From a virus (taxonomy: Duplodnaviria; Caudoviricetes), in the IMG/VR virus record IMGVR_UViG_3300044991_001466: DNA of 64,000 bases; one strand, 5' to 3'. Position numbers and translations under genes: made by a program. Of the stretch, positions 19,893 to 29,325 are shown piece after piece. The notes beneath the pieces are model-generated. The model was not told the origin of the DNA. It worked only from the letters and a program-made list of their open reading frames with translations, and did no database searches. Numbering within the stretch: position 1 is the stretch's first letter; each line of letters opens with the position of its first letter.

Positions 19893-20815
19893 GGTTTTTC
19901 TTTAGGCCGAACGGTTTTAAAACGTTCCGATTCCACCACTTTGTTTTACTAAACAAAGAAAATAAAACACTGAGAATACATGTCTTAATGAGAATCTTTT
20001 AAACGGATTATTGTTTCCCGTTTGTTTCCACTACCTTTTGAGTAGTAACCCTCAGCGGCGGTCAATTAGATTAACCAATCCTAAAGTCATCAGATACTCT
20101 TTTAATACTCATTACTCTTCGAGATTGCCATCCCAATTAAACCTTATGAGTTTAGAGAACTTTTTTAAAAATCATATTGGGATTGAGTCCCTTTATGGCC
20201 GTGAACCCCTCACGACTAAGTAGCCACCTGTCTCCAATGACTGACGAACACTTTTTCTTTTATTTTTTTAGTTTTCACCATTGAAAGTAAAAGTTTGGTT
20301 TGCAGATTAGGAAAGTAGCGGTTCGTCGACCAGCCAAGCCACCTTTTGAGCGACTCGATACTAAACTACTCTCTAAGACATCCCTGCCTTCATATTTTTG
20401 GTTTCCTTCAGAATTAAACCCTTGGTAGAGTTTAATTAAGGATGATAACAGCACCACCTGTTTTCCACCATACCTTTCGGTTTTAAAGATACCATTATAT
20501 TGAACAACACAATTATAAGGTTGGAGACCTTATTTCTTGTAATAGTTCTACAAGTTATTCTTATTGTTCTTCCGAACTCAGTCAAACGACCTGCATCGCT
20601 TGACCACCAAACCACTTTCCCTACAGTGTTACCCTCAGTACTTAAGGTTCGATGATACCTTGCTTGCCTACTCGAGTTCTATTTCTAAAACCGCAATCTC
20701 ATTCAACCAAATGAAATTACTTTATCCCACTTTCATGGTTTATTTTGTTGACCATAGGCGGCCAATATTTTTAATTCAAAGAACTTTTTCTTTCGATAAA
20801 ACCACCTTTGTGATT
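19865..20815 (-). ncRNA. Large (~950 nt) structured non-coding RNA, GOLLD-like candidate
   Basis: No credible ORF, GC-richer than flanks, many hairpins, two identical UCAAAAG loops, TATATTTG promoter at 20823-20830, terminator at 3' end; family assignment not verified. Confidence 0.7.
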
Positions 20816-20822
20816 TCTTTTA

Positions 20823-20830
20823 CAAATATA
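20823..20830 (-). promoter_or_regulatory. Bacteroidota sigma-A -7 element TAnnTTTG (representative)
   Basis: TATATTTG at 20823-30(-), 19220-27(-), 57375-82(-), 61774-81(+); TATCTTTG at 29895-902(-). Confidence 0.7.
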
Positions 20831-20854
20831 CAACTTATATTTGGTAATAAAAAA

Positions 20855-21088
20855 TTATTTAGAAACTTTTTTATTATTTTTTTTCTTTTCAACCTTAACT
20901 TCGTAAGTTCCACCCATATCGTGTTGAGTTTCAACAACTTGTGTTTTTTTATTACCCTTCCAATCTGATTTAGGGATAAATTTCCAAACACCGCTAGCCA
21001 CTTTTTGGTCTGCATCAATATCGTCAGTTCTACGAATTTCTCCTAATGTATAGGATTTTGTTTCTTTAATTGCTTTAATACATTTCAT
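20855..21088 (-). CDS. Small basic hypothetical protein
   Basis: ORF 77 aa. Confidence 0.55.
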   Translation of the reverse strand: MKCIKAIKETKSYTLGEIRRTDDIDADQKVASGVWKFIPKSDWKGNKKTQVVETQHDMGGTYEVKVEKKKNNKKVSK

Positions 21089-21141
21089 ATGTCCATGTTT
21101 TAATTATAATAAAATATACAAAAAAATATTGATAAAAAAAA

Positions 21142-21495
21142 CTATTTCCAAAATAATGATATAACAATTATTGTAAATGCCAATAATAATTGTGTAACAG
21201 TTTTCATAGTAAAAGGTTGATCAAAATGATAAGGATATAACACCGCTGCGATAATAATTCCAGTCACAAAAAATAAAAATCGATTACTCCACATTTCACC
21301 ATTGAAAGCTTTTACCCCATAATGTGACGCCATTATCCATAAAAAAGTACATACAATAGAAATTAAATATGGCCAAGGTGTTTTAACCCAATTAGGTAAT
21401 TTAAATTGCCAATACATAATATACCAATGTCCAATGGAACCCAATAGAAATAATAGTATTGAGTATAAAAGATTTATTAATTGTGACTTAATCAT
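21142..21495 (-). CDS. Four-helix membrane protein
   Basis: Four hydrophobic segments. Confidence 0.65.
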   Translation of the reverse strand: MIKSQLINLLYSILLFLLGSIGHWYIMYWQFKLPNWVKTPWPYLISIVCTFLWIMASHYGVKAFNGEMWSNRFLFFVTGIIIAAVLYPYHFDQPFTMKTVTQLLLAFTIIVISLFWK

Positions 21496-22265
21496 GTTAA
21501 TTTAATATTTGTGTCATATCCGTAATATTCCAATTCAGGTAAAAAATATTTATATAGTTGTTTCATGTTGTTTAAAGTGGCTTCTTCAGAATAATCCCAC
21601 CTCAAATGATGTTTTTGATTGAAATATACTTTATAATATGAATATAACATTATAAAATCGAATGTTAATTCTTTATCAAAAAAACTTAAAAAATCAAAAC
21701 TTTTAAGTAACGAATCAACATTTTGTGTGGTGTAATCTAATTTAGAATCATATAATACACCATTATTAACATTGTATTTATTTGCTAAATCCTCAATTCT
21801 GTAAAAATTAAACGTTGAGTGTTTAAATTTCTTTGCAAAATCAGATTCTAAATTTTTATACTTGGTAAATTCGTATCCATTAGTAAATTCTTCTAATAGA
21901 TATGTTGATTGTGGTAGGAAATGTGGGTCACCATAACTTTTAATAAAATTAGGATATTCCTTAACAAAGGTATCTAACGAGTTTATGTTCAATTCAGATA
22001 CCAAATTCCTTAACTTATCGTTTTCACGATTTTCTTCATCATATTTTAATCTATTTTGTAACCAACTATAACATGAAAAAAATCTATCGACTGGATTTCT
22101 AACAAAAATATTACAACATTCTTGAATACCGCTTAAATCTTCTCTAATAAAATGATTTATATCATGTATCCTAAATAAATGAGATAATGTCGTCCCAATT
22201 AAATTTTTTCCTGATTTAAATGGGATAATATACGAAACGGAACAATCCGGTAGACTTAAAACCAT
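21492..22265 (-). CDS. Sulfotransferase family 2-like protein
   Basis: PFKSG (5'-PSB-like), FVRNPVDRFFSCY (3'-PB), DPHFLPQ. Confidence 0.7.
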   Translation of the reverse strand: MVLSLPDCSVSYIIPFKSGKNLIGTTLSHLFRIHDINHFIREDLSGIQECCNIFVRNPVDRFFSCYSWLQNRLKYDEENRENDKLRNLVSELNINSLDTFVKEYPNFIKSYGDPHFLPQSTYLLEEFTNGYEFTKYKNLESDFAKKFKHSTFNFYRIEDLANKYNVNNGVLYDSKLDYTTQNVDSLLKSFDFLSFFDKELTFDFIMLYSYYKVYFNQKHHLRWDYSEEATLNNMKQLYKYFLPELEYYGYDTNIKLT

Positions 22266-22301
22266 ATAAACTAATATACAAAAATTTTGTGATAATACAA
22301 A

Positions 22302-22646
22302 TTATTTAATAAATTCAGAAAAACAAACCGCTTTGTCGTCAATTAAATAATCATAGTGTAATTTACCCATTATTAAACCGTGGTGTTTAATCCCCCACTC
22401 TTCCAAACTATTTAATGTTAAAACATACAAAGAATTGTAAACCTTAACTAAATCACCATTAAATTGACCCATACCTCTTGCGGTATAAATGTAAATGGTG
22501 TTACCTTCATCGTAAAGTTTATTTAATTTTTCAATCATTGCTGGAATGGGATGACAATGTTTGTATTTGTCAGGACCTAAATGTTCAACTCCTTCTTCTC
22601 TTGTACATAACGTATCATCCAAATCAAACGCGTAAATTTTAGACAT
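22302..22646 (-). CDS. HAD phosphatase, capsule-biosynthesis (BcbF-like) type
   Basis: FDLDDTLC, YTARG, GKLHYDYLIDDKA. Confidence 0.8.
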   Translation of the reverse strand: MSKIYAFDLDDTLCTREEGVEHLGPDKYKHCHPIPAMIEKLNKLYDEGNTIYIYTARGMGQFNGDLVKVYNSLYVLTLNSLEEWGIKHHGLIMGKLHYDYLIDDKAVCFSEFIK

Positions 22647-23601
22647 AACTTAACAATTCATTTAACTTATTCATTATCATAGATTTAACTTCAGTTGTTA
22701 TTTTAATATCACTTGCAATAGAATTAGGTAAGTTATCAAAATTATAGTGACCACAAACCATTATTAACTTTTTCTTATCTAAAATATCAAAATCATCGTT
22801 AACCCATTTTTTCCATTTTTCAGATTTAAAACATTTTAAATAAAAATTATCAATTTCAGATTGATTCATGTGTTTTAAATAAATTTCAGTTTCAATTTGT
22901 GCAATTTCAGGACCAATATTAATAGAACTTAAACCACTATCAAACCTAATTCGAAAATCGGTTTCTTTTAAGTAATCACCATTATGTTCTTTTGTTTGTT
23001 TACCAAAAAAAGTAGATAATGTAATCATTTGTTTTAGTTTATCAATATTAAAAATACCGGTGTTTATTTGGTTAACTAAATCGAGACCAACTCCTGATTG
23101 AACACACACATAAGTTATGTTCTTAAACATTTCGGGAGTTAATCGAATATGTAATTCGTCAATGTATCTGTCTAATTCATCTATTGAGAATGGACGAATT
23201 GCCTCTTCGGTACCCACCTCAAATTTAATGCTTTTATTATGTTGGTGGATGTATTCAATATTTTTTATTGTTTCGTTTATCCCATCAAATAATAATTTAT
23301 GTTTCATCCATGGGTCTAAATGGATTAAATCAAAATATTCCAAATCTTCCTCAAATGATACATATTCATCACCATCTTTTTTTCCTTGTTTACCCCCCGA
23401 ATGATCTCTTTGAATTATTATGTTAGATTTTGTTTTTACATAATCGGTAAAACTTTTAGTATTCCATTCATTAACATATCCACCATCGTAATCAATTTGG
23501 CGACGACTTGGTAGTAGTCCTAATTTTTCTGAATTAATCTCTATAACCGAATCAACAATGTTTTTAGACATTGGGCATATGAAGAATTTAACTTTAGACA
23601 T
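22639..23601 (-). CDS. Tagatose-bisphosphate aldolase (GatZ/KbaZ)-like TIM-barrel protein
   Basis: CPMSKNIVD, SRRQID..GGY, QRDHSG, HLDPW, FEVGTEE, KEHNGDY. Confidence 0.6.
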   Translation of the reverse strand: MSKVKFFICPMSKNIVDSVIEINSEKLGLLPSRRQIDYDGGYVNEWNTKSFTDYVKTKSNIIIQRDHSGGKQGKKDGDEYVSFEEDLEYFDLIHLDPWMKHKLLFDGINETIKNIEYIHQHNKSIKFEVGTEEAIRPFSIDELDRYIDELHIRLTPEMFKNITYVCVQSGVGLDLVNQINTGIFNIDKLKQMITLSTFFGKQTKEHNGDYLKETDFRIRFDSGLSSINIGPEIAQIETEIYLKHMNQSEIDNFYLKCFKSEKWKKWVNDDFDILDKKKLIMVCGHYNFDNLPNSIASDIKITTEVKSMIMNKLNELLSYV

Positions 23602-24223
23602 AATCTTTTCCTGTGTATAATTTAAACTGTTCCAAAGCTTGGAGTTTGAATATTTCCTTACCAGTCTTTGTAAATGGTCTACCGTCGATTATTGTATTTC
23701 TTTTTGATTTGATGTCTGCTGGCGTTGCATTAATGAAATATTGATTAACAACCTCATCTATATGTTCAACATCTTCTCTATTATATATGACATATCCTAT
23801 TTTCAATAAATCAAATGCATATTGAATTGATTTACTAAACCCACCGTTACCTATTATACTCACAAATTTTAAATTTTTATCTTTAAAATATTCATATGCA
23901 CCAATGTAATCCGTGTTATATCCCCACAATAAACTATCTTTAATTAAAACGGTATTTGCAGCACCAATAGATTTAACCGATTCGGAAATGACATCAAGAT
24001 ATGGTACAACTTCAATTTTTAACGGCATACTTAATGCAAAACCTGAAAAATTAAGATGTTTAACCGAACCTATTGTTTTTTTAATATCAGTGGAATAAAA
24101 TGATTTATAGATTGCATCAATTTTATGTTTCTTAAATCCTTTATTAAAAAATATACAACCATTATTACCTGGTTTATCAGAAAACGAACCGTATAATTGA
24201 GTATCTTTATTTATCATAGTCAT
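23594..24223 (-). CDS. Shikimate dehydrogenase-like oxidoreductase
   Basis: SMPLK, GAANT, GYNTD, IIGNGG, INATP motifs. Confidence 0.75.
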   Translation of the reverse strand: MTMINKDTQLYGSFSDKPGNNGCIFFNKGFKKHKIDAIYKSFYSTDIKKTIGSVKHLNFSGFALSMPLKIEVVPYLDVISESVKSIGAANTVLIKDSLLWGYNTDYIGAYEYFKDKNLKFVSIIGNGGFSKSIQYAFDLLKIGYVIYNREDVEHIDEVVNQYFINATPADIKSKRNTIIDGRPFTKTGKEIFKLQALEQFKLYTGKDYV

Positions 24224-26114
24224 CTATCATTTCAATACCTTTAAACCATAACATTTTACCAAATTTTTCGTCATGTAATGGTGACATATTAAGAAAGATT
24301 AATCCTGTAATTAATTTTATTTTTTGTAAATCATATCCATTAAGAATTAACCAATTTTCATATATTAACTTAAATCTAACTAAATTTTCAGATATTGGGT
24401 AGTCATATTTTATTGAATACAAACCTTCGGTATAGTTTAGGTTATCATTATTTTTCATGGTGTTATATGGAATTAATAATCCACCATATAATTTAGATAA
24501 GTCATAATAAATGTCACCACTATCTACCGATTCACCAAACGAGTCTCTCCAATCAATGTAGTAATATCTACTTTCCTCAGAGTTGTAGATAACATTATCA
24601 AACTGTAAATCACCGTGAAATAATACATAGAAATCATTTGATAATTCAAATGTCGGTTTACTATGTAGTAAACTACTAAGTGATGGTCTTTTAATACCAT
24701 TAACCTCATGTTCTAATTCTAAATAATTAAACCCGTTTTTTTGAACAAATGAGTCAATCCGTTTCTTTGTTTTTGTAACGTAAAACTCTTGAATGTCATT
24801 GTCATTACCGGCAACTTTACTTTTAAGATTATACTCAAGCAATTCTAAGAAATTTGTAAAAACATCTAAATTATCAATTTCATATAGGGTATTACCCTTA
24901 ACCCAATCATAATGAATGAATTTACTTGTTGAACCAAAATTAGGAGGTATTAACGAATCTAAAAGTTTCGCTCTTTTACTACGGTTATTTAAAATTGTGA
25001 TATCAGGAACAAATTTTAAAAATTTATCATTATCACAATATGTAATTTCGTTAGTATTTTTTTGTAATGATAATGGTTTGTCTTTAAAATACTCTCTGGT
25101 TTTTTGTAAGTCATCTAAATTACCTGTATCAAACCACTTTAGTTTTTTTACCTTAAATGTTGGGTAATTTTTTGGGTTAATAAATGCCGATACTATTTCA
25201 CCATTTAATATGTTTTTAGAAAGTTCATTCCAAAAAATTTGATAGTCCAAAATTGAACCTAATCCAATAAATGCATTATCGTGACCGTGAATGTCTTTAT
25301 CTGAAAATGATTGGATGTTGTCAAATTCGTCAATGTTAATTGTTGAATATTTTTCAGGGTATGACGTAGGATAACATCCTAACCAATTACCATCTAAATA
25401 CGGTAATGGAGAATCAATTACACAATCACCCGTTATAAAATAAAATGGCCTTTGTAAATGTTCTGAACACATTAATGCGCTATAACCAGGACCACTATTT
25501 TCAGAATCAAACACATCCACATCTACAAAAATAAAATTACAATTTTGATGTGTAATTTTACAATATTCCTTTATTGATTCACTTTCATATCCTAATGCAA
25601 TTACAATATCATAGTTTATTGGGAACATATCGATGATATGTGATATAATCGCTTTGTTATTAATTGGTAATAATACTTTATTAATATTATTTGTAAGATT
25701 TTTTAATCTAGTTCCATAACCGGCAGCTAAAATTAAAACTGCTGGTGTTTGATGTTCACCATCTATCTTACCGTCCATTCGATTTGTATCATCTTCAATT
25801 CTAATAACATCATCAACCTCGGGTGTGGACACTTCTTGCAATATTATGTCAGTTAACGCAATGACCCTATGTTTTTTAGGTGGTGTTACATTAAAATATT
25901 CACCAGGACCCATTATTTTTTTCTCAACAATACCTTCATCATTTTCTAACCATATTTCCGCTTGACCTGAAATAATGAAATTTGTTTCTCGTTTAAAATT
26001 ATGATATTGGTATGATGTTTTATATCCCGCGTTTATATAAATTCTTTTATAGCAATAGGAATCATTTAATTCTAACCACTCTTCTCTACCCCAAGGTTTG
26101 TGTATTGTTTTCAT
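24207..26114 (-). CDS. Trifunctional cupin / NTP-transferase / APH-like kinase
   Basis: KPWGREE and TSYQYH (cupin); ILAAGYGTRL (NTase); FHGDLQFDNV and IDWR (kinase). Confidence 0.8.
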   Translation of the reverse strand: MKTIHKPWGREEWLELNDSYCYKRIYINAGYKTSYQYHNFKRETNFIISGQAEIWLENDEGIVEKKIMGPGEYFNVTPPKKHRVIALTDIILQEVSTPEVDDVIRIEDDTNRMDGKIDGEHQTPAVLILAAGYGTRLKNLTNNINKVLLPINNKAIISHIIDMFPINYDIVIALGYESESIKEYCKITHQNCNFIFVDVDVFDSENSGPGYSALMCSEHLQRPFYFITGDCVIDSPLPYLDGNWLGCYPTSYPEKYSTINIDEFDNIQSFSDKDIHGHDNAFIGLGSILDYQIFWNELSKNILNGEIVSAFINPKNYPTFKVKKLKWFDTGNLDDLQKTREYFKDKPLSLQKNTNEITYCDNDKFLKFVPDITILNNRSKRAKLLDSLIPPNFGSTSKFIHYDWVKGNTLYEIDNLDVFTNFLELLEYNLKSKVAGNDNDIQEFYVTKTKKRIDSFVQKNGFNYLELEHEVNGIKRPSLSSLLHSKPTFELSNDFYVLFHGDLQFDNVIYNSEESRYYYIDWRDSFGESVDSGDIYYDLSKLYGGLLIPYNTMKNNDNLNYTEGLYSIKYDYPISENLVRFKLIYENWLILNGYDLQKIKLITGLIFLNMSPLHDEKFGKMLWFKGIEMIDDYDK

Positions 26115-26843
26115 TTATTTTATATTATTTTTATCCCAAATTCTTAGACATTTTAAAAGTACTTCTAAATTTAATACATCACTTTTTTCAAACTCTCTAA
26201 CATTAGGTCTTACAACTACACTATTAAATTCTGAAACCGCATCTACATATAACCCTAACGATAAAATGTGTTTAGCTAATTCGGTATGTATATTAAATGT
26301 AATTTTATTTGGTAATGTATCGATTAATTTTGAGATGTTATGAAATGTACCACAAAAAAATGTATCGACTAAAAAATAATGTTTTAACCCCGTTATATGT
26401 ATAAAATTACAACCATAAATTCTATCATCTAAAGAACATTCTTTTAATTTTTTAATCCCATCATCATTTAACATCATATAGGAATCAGGTCTCATTAAAA
26501 CAATTAAATCATACTCTTTCCCGCTTTCTTTTATTAATTTTAAACCATTTTTCCAATGGTAAATCATTTTAGTACTATTAATTAAACCGGGTCCTAACCC
26601 ATTAAAATCAAATTCAACATTATCTTCATTAACAACATCAATAACTGCATTTGGTATGTGTTTTGATATCATTTCGGATGTTATATCTTCATTTAAATCG
26701 TATCCCAATGATTCACATTTTTGAATTGATTTACTCCATGTCGAGAAGTAAAAATCAAAATCGGAATCATTAAGAAATTTCCATGATTTGACTGCAATAT
26801 CAAATTCTCTATACATTCCATATACAATTATAGCAATTTTCAT
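26115..26843 (-). CDS. Putative glycosyltransferase/capsule-type protein (paralog A)
   Basis: KIAIIVYGMYREF, FYFSTW, YDLIVLMRPD. Confidence 0.55.
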   Translation of the reverse strand: MKIAIIVYGMYREFDIAVKSWKFLNDSDFDFYFSTWSKSIQKCESLGYDLNEDITSEMISKHIPNAVIDVVNEDNVEFDFNGLGPGLINSTKMIYHWKNGLKLIKESGKEYDLIVLMRPDSYMMLNDDGIKKLKECSLDDRIYGCNFIHITGLKHYFLVDTFFCGTFHNISKLIDTLPNKITFNIHTELAKHILSLGLYVDAVSEFNSVVVRPNVREFEKSDVLNLEVLLKCLRIWDKNNIK

Positions 26844-26845
26844 AG

Positions 26846-27523
26846 TTATAGTGTGTTATTCCATTCATTTCTTTTACTATGAATAGTTTCGTGGTTAATT
26901 TTGATGTCATCAATTTCAATAACATTTGGTCTAATTACATTTATATGTAAAAATTCAATCATTTCAACATTTAAATTCAAATCATGAACATGTTTACCTA
27001 AAAAATGATGAATATCACTATGTATTGTTGGTACTGTGTCAATTAATTTCTTCATCATGTCATATGACCCTAATAAAAAAATATCACTTAAAAAAAATCT
27101 ATCATTATTGTATTTTAAAATACTTGTTGAATAAAGAATGTTAGGTTTAATCAAATTTGGTAACATTTCAGATGGGACACTTAATTCAAAATAATCGTCA
27201 AATCTAAGTAATAAAATATAATCGTAATTTTTATTTAAAAGCGATAAACAATTTTTCCAATGAAAAATCATTTTTTCAGAATTACTTAACCCAATGTAAT
27301 TTATTTCATCTAAAATATCTACGGTTGCATTTGGATAATATTTTAATATCATATTTTCATTGACATTAAATTCACGTCTATATCCAAGGTTTTCATTCAC
27401 TTGTTTTGATTTGTTCCACGTCGAAAAATAAAAATCACAATCAAAGTTATTTAATACTTCCCAAGATTTAACCGCTATGTCAAATTCTCTATATTGTCCA
27501 TAAACTAAAACCGCTATTTTCAT
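26846..27523 (-). CDS. Putative glycosyltransferase/capsule-type protein (paralog B)
   Basis: Start MKIAVLVYGQYREF at 27523; tandem paralog of 26115..26843. Confidence 0.55.
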   Translation of the reverse strand: MKIAVLVYGQYREFDIAVKSWEVLNNFDCDFYFSTWNKSKQVNENLGYRREFNVNENMILKYYPNATVDILDEINYIGLSNSEKMIFHWKNCLSLLNKNYDYILLLRFDDYFELSVPSEMLPNLIKPNILYSTSILKYNNDRFFLSDIFLLGSYDMMKKLIDTVPTIHSDIHHFLGKHVHDLNLNVEMIEFLHINVIRPNVIEIDDIKINHETIHSKRNEWNNTL

Positions 27524-27537
27524 AATAACATATATTG

Positions 27538-27685
27538 CTGTAGTGGATGGATTCGAACCACCAAGATGAGATTCAGTAAGTAACACTATGCCGGCCGGCT
27601 GGTGGTCTACCCCATATTACTTACCTATTTCTTTGTCACCACCCCCGAGACAGGAGGGCACGTTTGCCAATTTCGTCACACTACA
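27538..27685 (-). tRNA. tRNA-Asp(GTC)-like RNA with a 79-nt extra arm (148 nt)
   Basis: Acceptor TGTAGTG/CACTACA plus G73; D-loop AATTGGCAAA; anticodon stem CCCTC/GGGGG with loop CTGTCTC; T arm GGTGG-TTCGAAT-CCATC. Confidence 0.7.
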
Positions 27686-27870
27686 AAATAACACCCTTTT
27701 ATCAGCCTAAGCCTCACATAACCTTAGTGTGGAACCACCGGTAGATGTCATGAATGAAGTTATCACGGAGAATGTAGATTTTCACTAACTCGATTTAGCG
27801 GTCTCTATGATAACAATGATGGATGAAAAACTTCTGCCTTTCTTGTGGACTTCCATCGGAGTCCCATAAC

Positions 27871-28101
27871 TTACAAGATTTGTTTGTCTTGTCTTCTTCT
27901 TGCTTCTTCTGCGTCTTTATACCAACGAATCCATGTTAATGAAATATCAACAGGAGCTAAAACCCATGCCATTACTATTACCATTATAACATCCAATTCT
28001 GGAGAACCTCCAGTTGGGTCGTTACTATATCTCTTACTTAAATTTTTAAATAATTGATAGAAGCAATAAATAATACAAATAACATAATAACCTATAAACA
28101 T
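27871..28101 (-). CDS. Small membrane protein
   Basis: ORF 76 aa with two hydrophobic segments. Confidence 0.55.
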   Translation of the reverse strand: MFIGYYVICIIYCFYQLFKNLSKRYSNDPTGGSPELDVIMVIVMAWVLAPVDISLTWIRWYKDAEEARRRQDKQIL

Positions 28102-28117
28102 AATTTTTAATTTTACT

Positions 28118-28170
28118 GTGGACCAAATAAGAATAGTACTTAGTGATTTACAAATCCATAACGTTCAATT
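28118..28170 (-). pseudogene. Degenerate tRNA remnant / duplicated tRNA 3' end
   Basis: gtggaccaaataagaat matches the 3' end of the CAT tRNA (gtggaccagataggaat) at 15/17; residual GTA anticodon-like hairpin at 28145-28156. Confidence 0.4.
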
Positions 28171-28861
28171 AAACCCATCCTAAAGACACTAATTTAGGAT
28201 AAATTATTTTTTCTGAAAAAATTTCTCCCGAAACTGGTGCCGGATGTTTATCATCTAACATTTCCAAATTATTTTTAATTGCATATTCTAAATATGGGTC
28301 ATCAATATAATTAATCTGATGTTCATGTAACTGTTTTTTAAATATCCTCATTGTTGAGTTTGGCATTACATTTTCCCATCCAAACACAACAATAATTCGA
28401 GGTGTAAAATGTGATGCCAAAATTATGGTGGACAACAATTTTTGTAGTTCTTGATTTACATCAAAATCTATTGGTTCTTGATTTACATCATATTCTATTT
28501 TTATATCGGGAGAATTTGATAATAAATCTATTCTATTTTTCCTATCAAATATATTGACGCTATCACAAACATAGTGATGGAAAACCCCCGCAAATTGTTC
28601 TTTCTGAATTTTATCAATTTCTTCAAATTTATTCATTTGCAATCGTTTATACGGTCGATAGCATCCTGTCACTTGCCAATAAATTATATCTGTTTTATCA
28701 ATTTGTTTATTAAGTGTCGCCTCGTGAAAACGATTAATTTGTAGTTGATTTGATCCCGCTGAGTGTGCTAAATTTAACAAATCAACATTCATTAGATTTG
28801 ATAACTTTTTAACAAGACCGTAATGATGAGTTAAACTACAACCAAATGTTACTAATTTCAT
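28169..28861 (-). CDS. SGNH/GDSL-like hydrolase or acyltransferase
   Basis: Start MKLVTFGCSLT; NLAHSAGSN; DKHP. Confidence 0.5.
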   Translation of the reverse strand: MKLVTFGCSLTHHYGLVKKLSNLMNVDLLNLAHSAGSNQLQINRFHEATLNKQIDKTDIIYWQVTGCYRPYKRLQMNKFEEIDKIQKEQFAGVFHHYVCDSVNIFDRKNRIDLLSNSPDIKIEYDVNQEPIDFDVNQELQKLLSTIILASHFTPRIIVVFGWENVMPNSTMRIFKKQLHEHQINYIDDPYLEYAIKNNLEMLDDKHPAPVSGEIFSEKIIYPKLVSLGWV

Positions 28862-28878
28862 AATTCTTATTTTTAGAG

Positions 28879-28952
28879 TGGACCAGATAGGAATCGAACC
28901 TATTACCTTCACATTATGAGTGTGCCGCTCTAACCTAGTGAGCTACAAGTCC
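28879..28952 (-). tRNA. tRNA with CAT anticodon (Ile2 or elongator Met)
   Basis: Full cloverleaf; loop CTCATAA; A73; CCA not encoded. Confidence 0.9.
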
Positions 28953-28962
28953 AAAATTTACG

Positions 28963-29036
28963 TAATCCCGTTTGGATTCGAACCAAAGACCCACATCTTA
29001 GAAGGATGTTGCTCTATCCAACTGAGCTACGGAACC
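28963..29036 (-). tRNA. tRNA-Arg(TCT)
   Basis: Cloverleaf; ACATC-CTTCTAA-GATGT. Confidence 0.92.
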
Positions 29037-29076
29037 AAAATTAACACTATCGTCTTTGAAAGTTTTTATTTAATCG

Positions 29077-29325
29077 TTATGCCTTACGGCTTATTGTTAT
29101 TTTACTCTCAAGTTTATCTAAACGTGAATCCAATACACGATAAACATCGTTCATTGCATTTTCACGTTCTCTGTTTTGATTTTCAATCTCTCTTCCGAGA
29201 CATTGTTCTACTTCTCTAATTTCTTTGTTTAGTTTATTAACCTTAACAAAGGCAATAACCGCAACTACCGCAACTGCGATAACCACAACTATTGACATTC
29301 CTAAAATAAATGATAATATATCCAT
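29077..29325 (-). CDS. Small TM plus coiled-coil protein
   Basis: Likely start MDILSF at 29325. Confidence 0.55.
   Translation of the reverse strand: MDILSFILGMSIVVVIAVAVVAVIAFVKVNKLNKEIREVEQCLGREIENQNRERENAMNDVYRVLDSRLDKLESKITISRKA

Noticed and set aside
20011-20968. Track ORFs 20011..20223, 20275..20457 and 20564..20968
   Set aside because: Atypical composition, non-ATG or weak starts, both strands; they fall within the structured RNA bounded by a promoter and terminator.
23594-24223. AroE-like gene as an auxiliary aromatic-amino-acid biosynthesis gene
   Set aside because: No other aro genes; it is embedded and translationally coupled in a sugar-nucleotide cassette.
28920-29219. Plus-strand ORF of 99 aa
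   Set aside because: Antisense to two clear tRNA genes.
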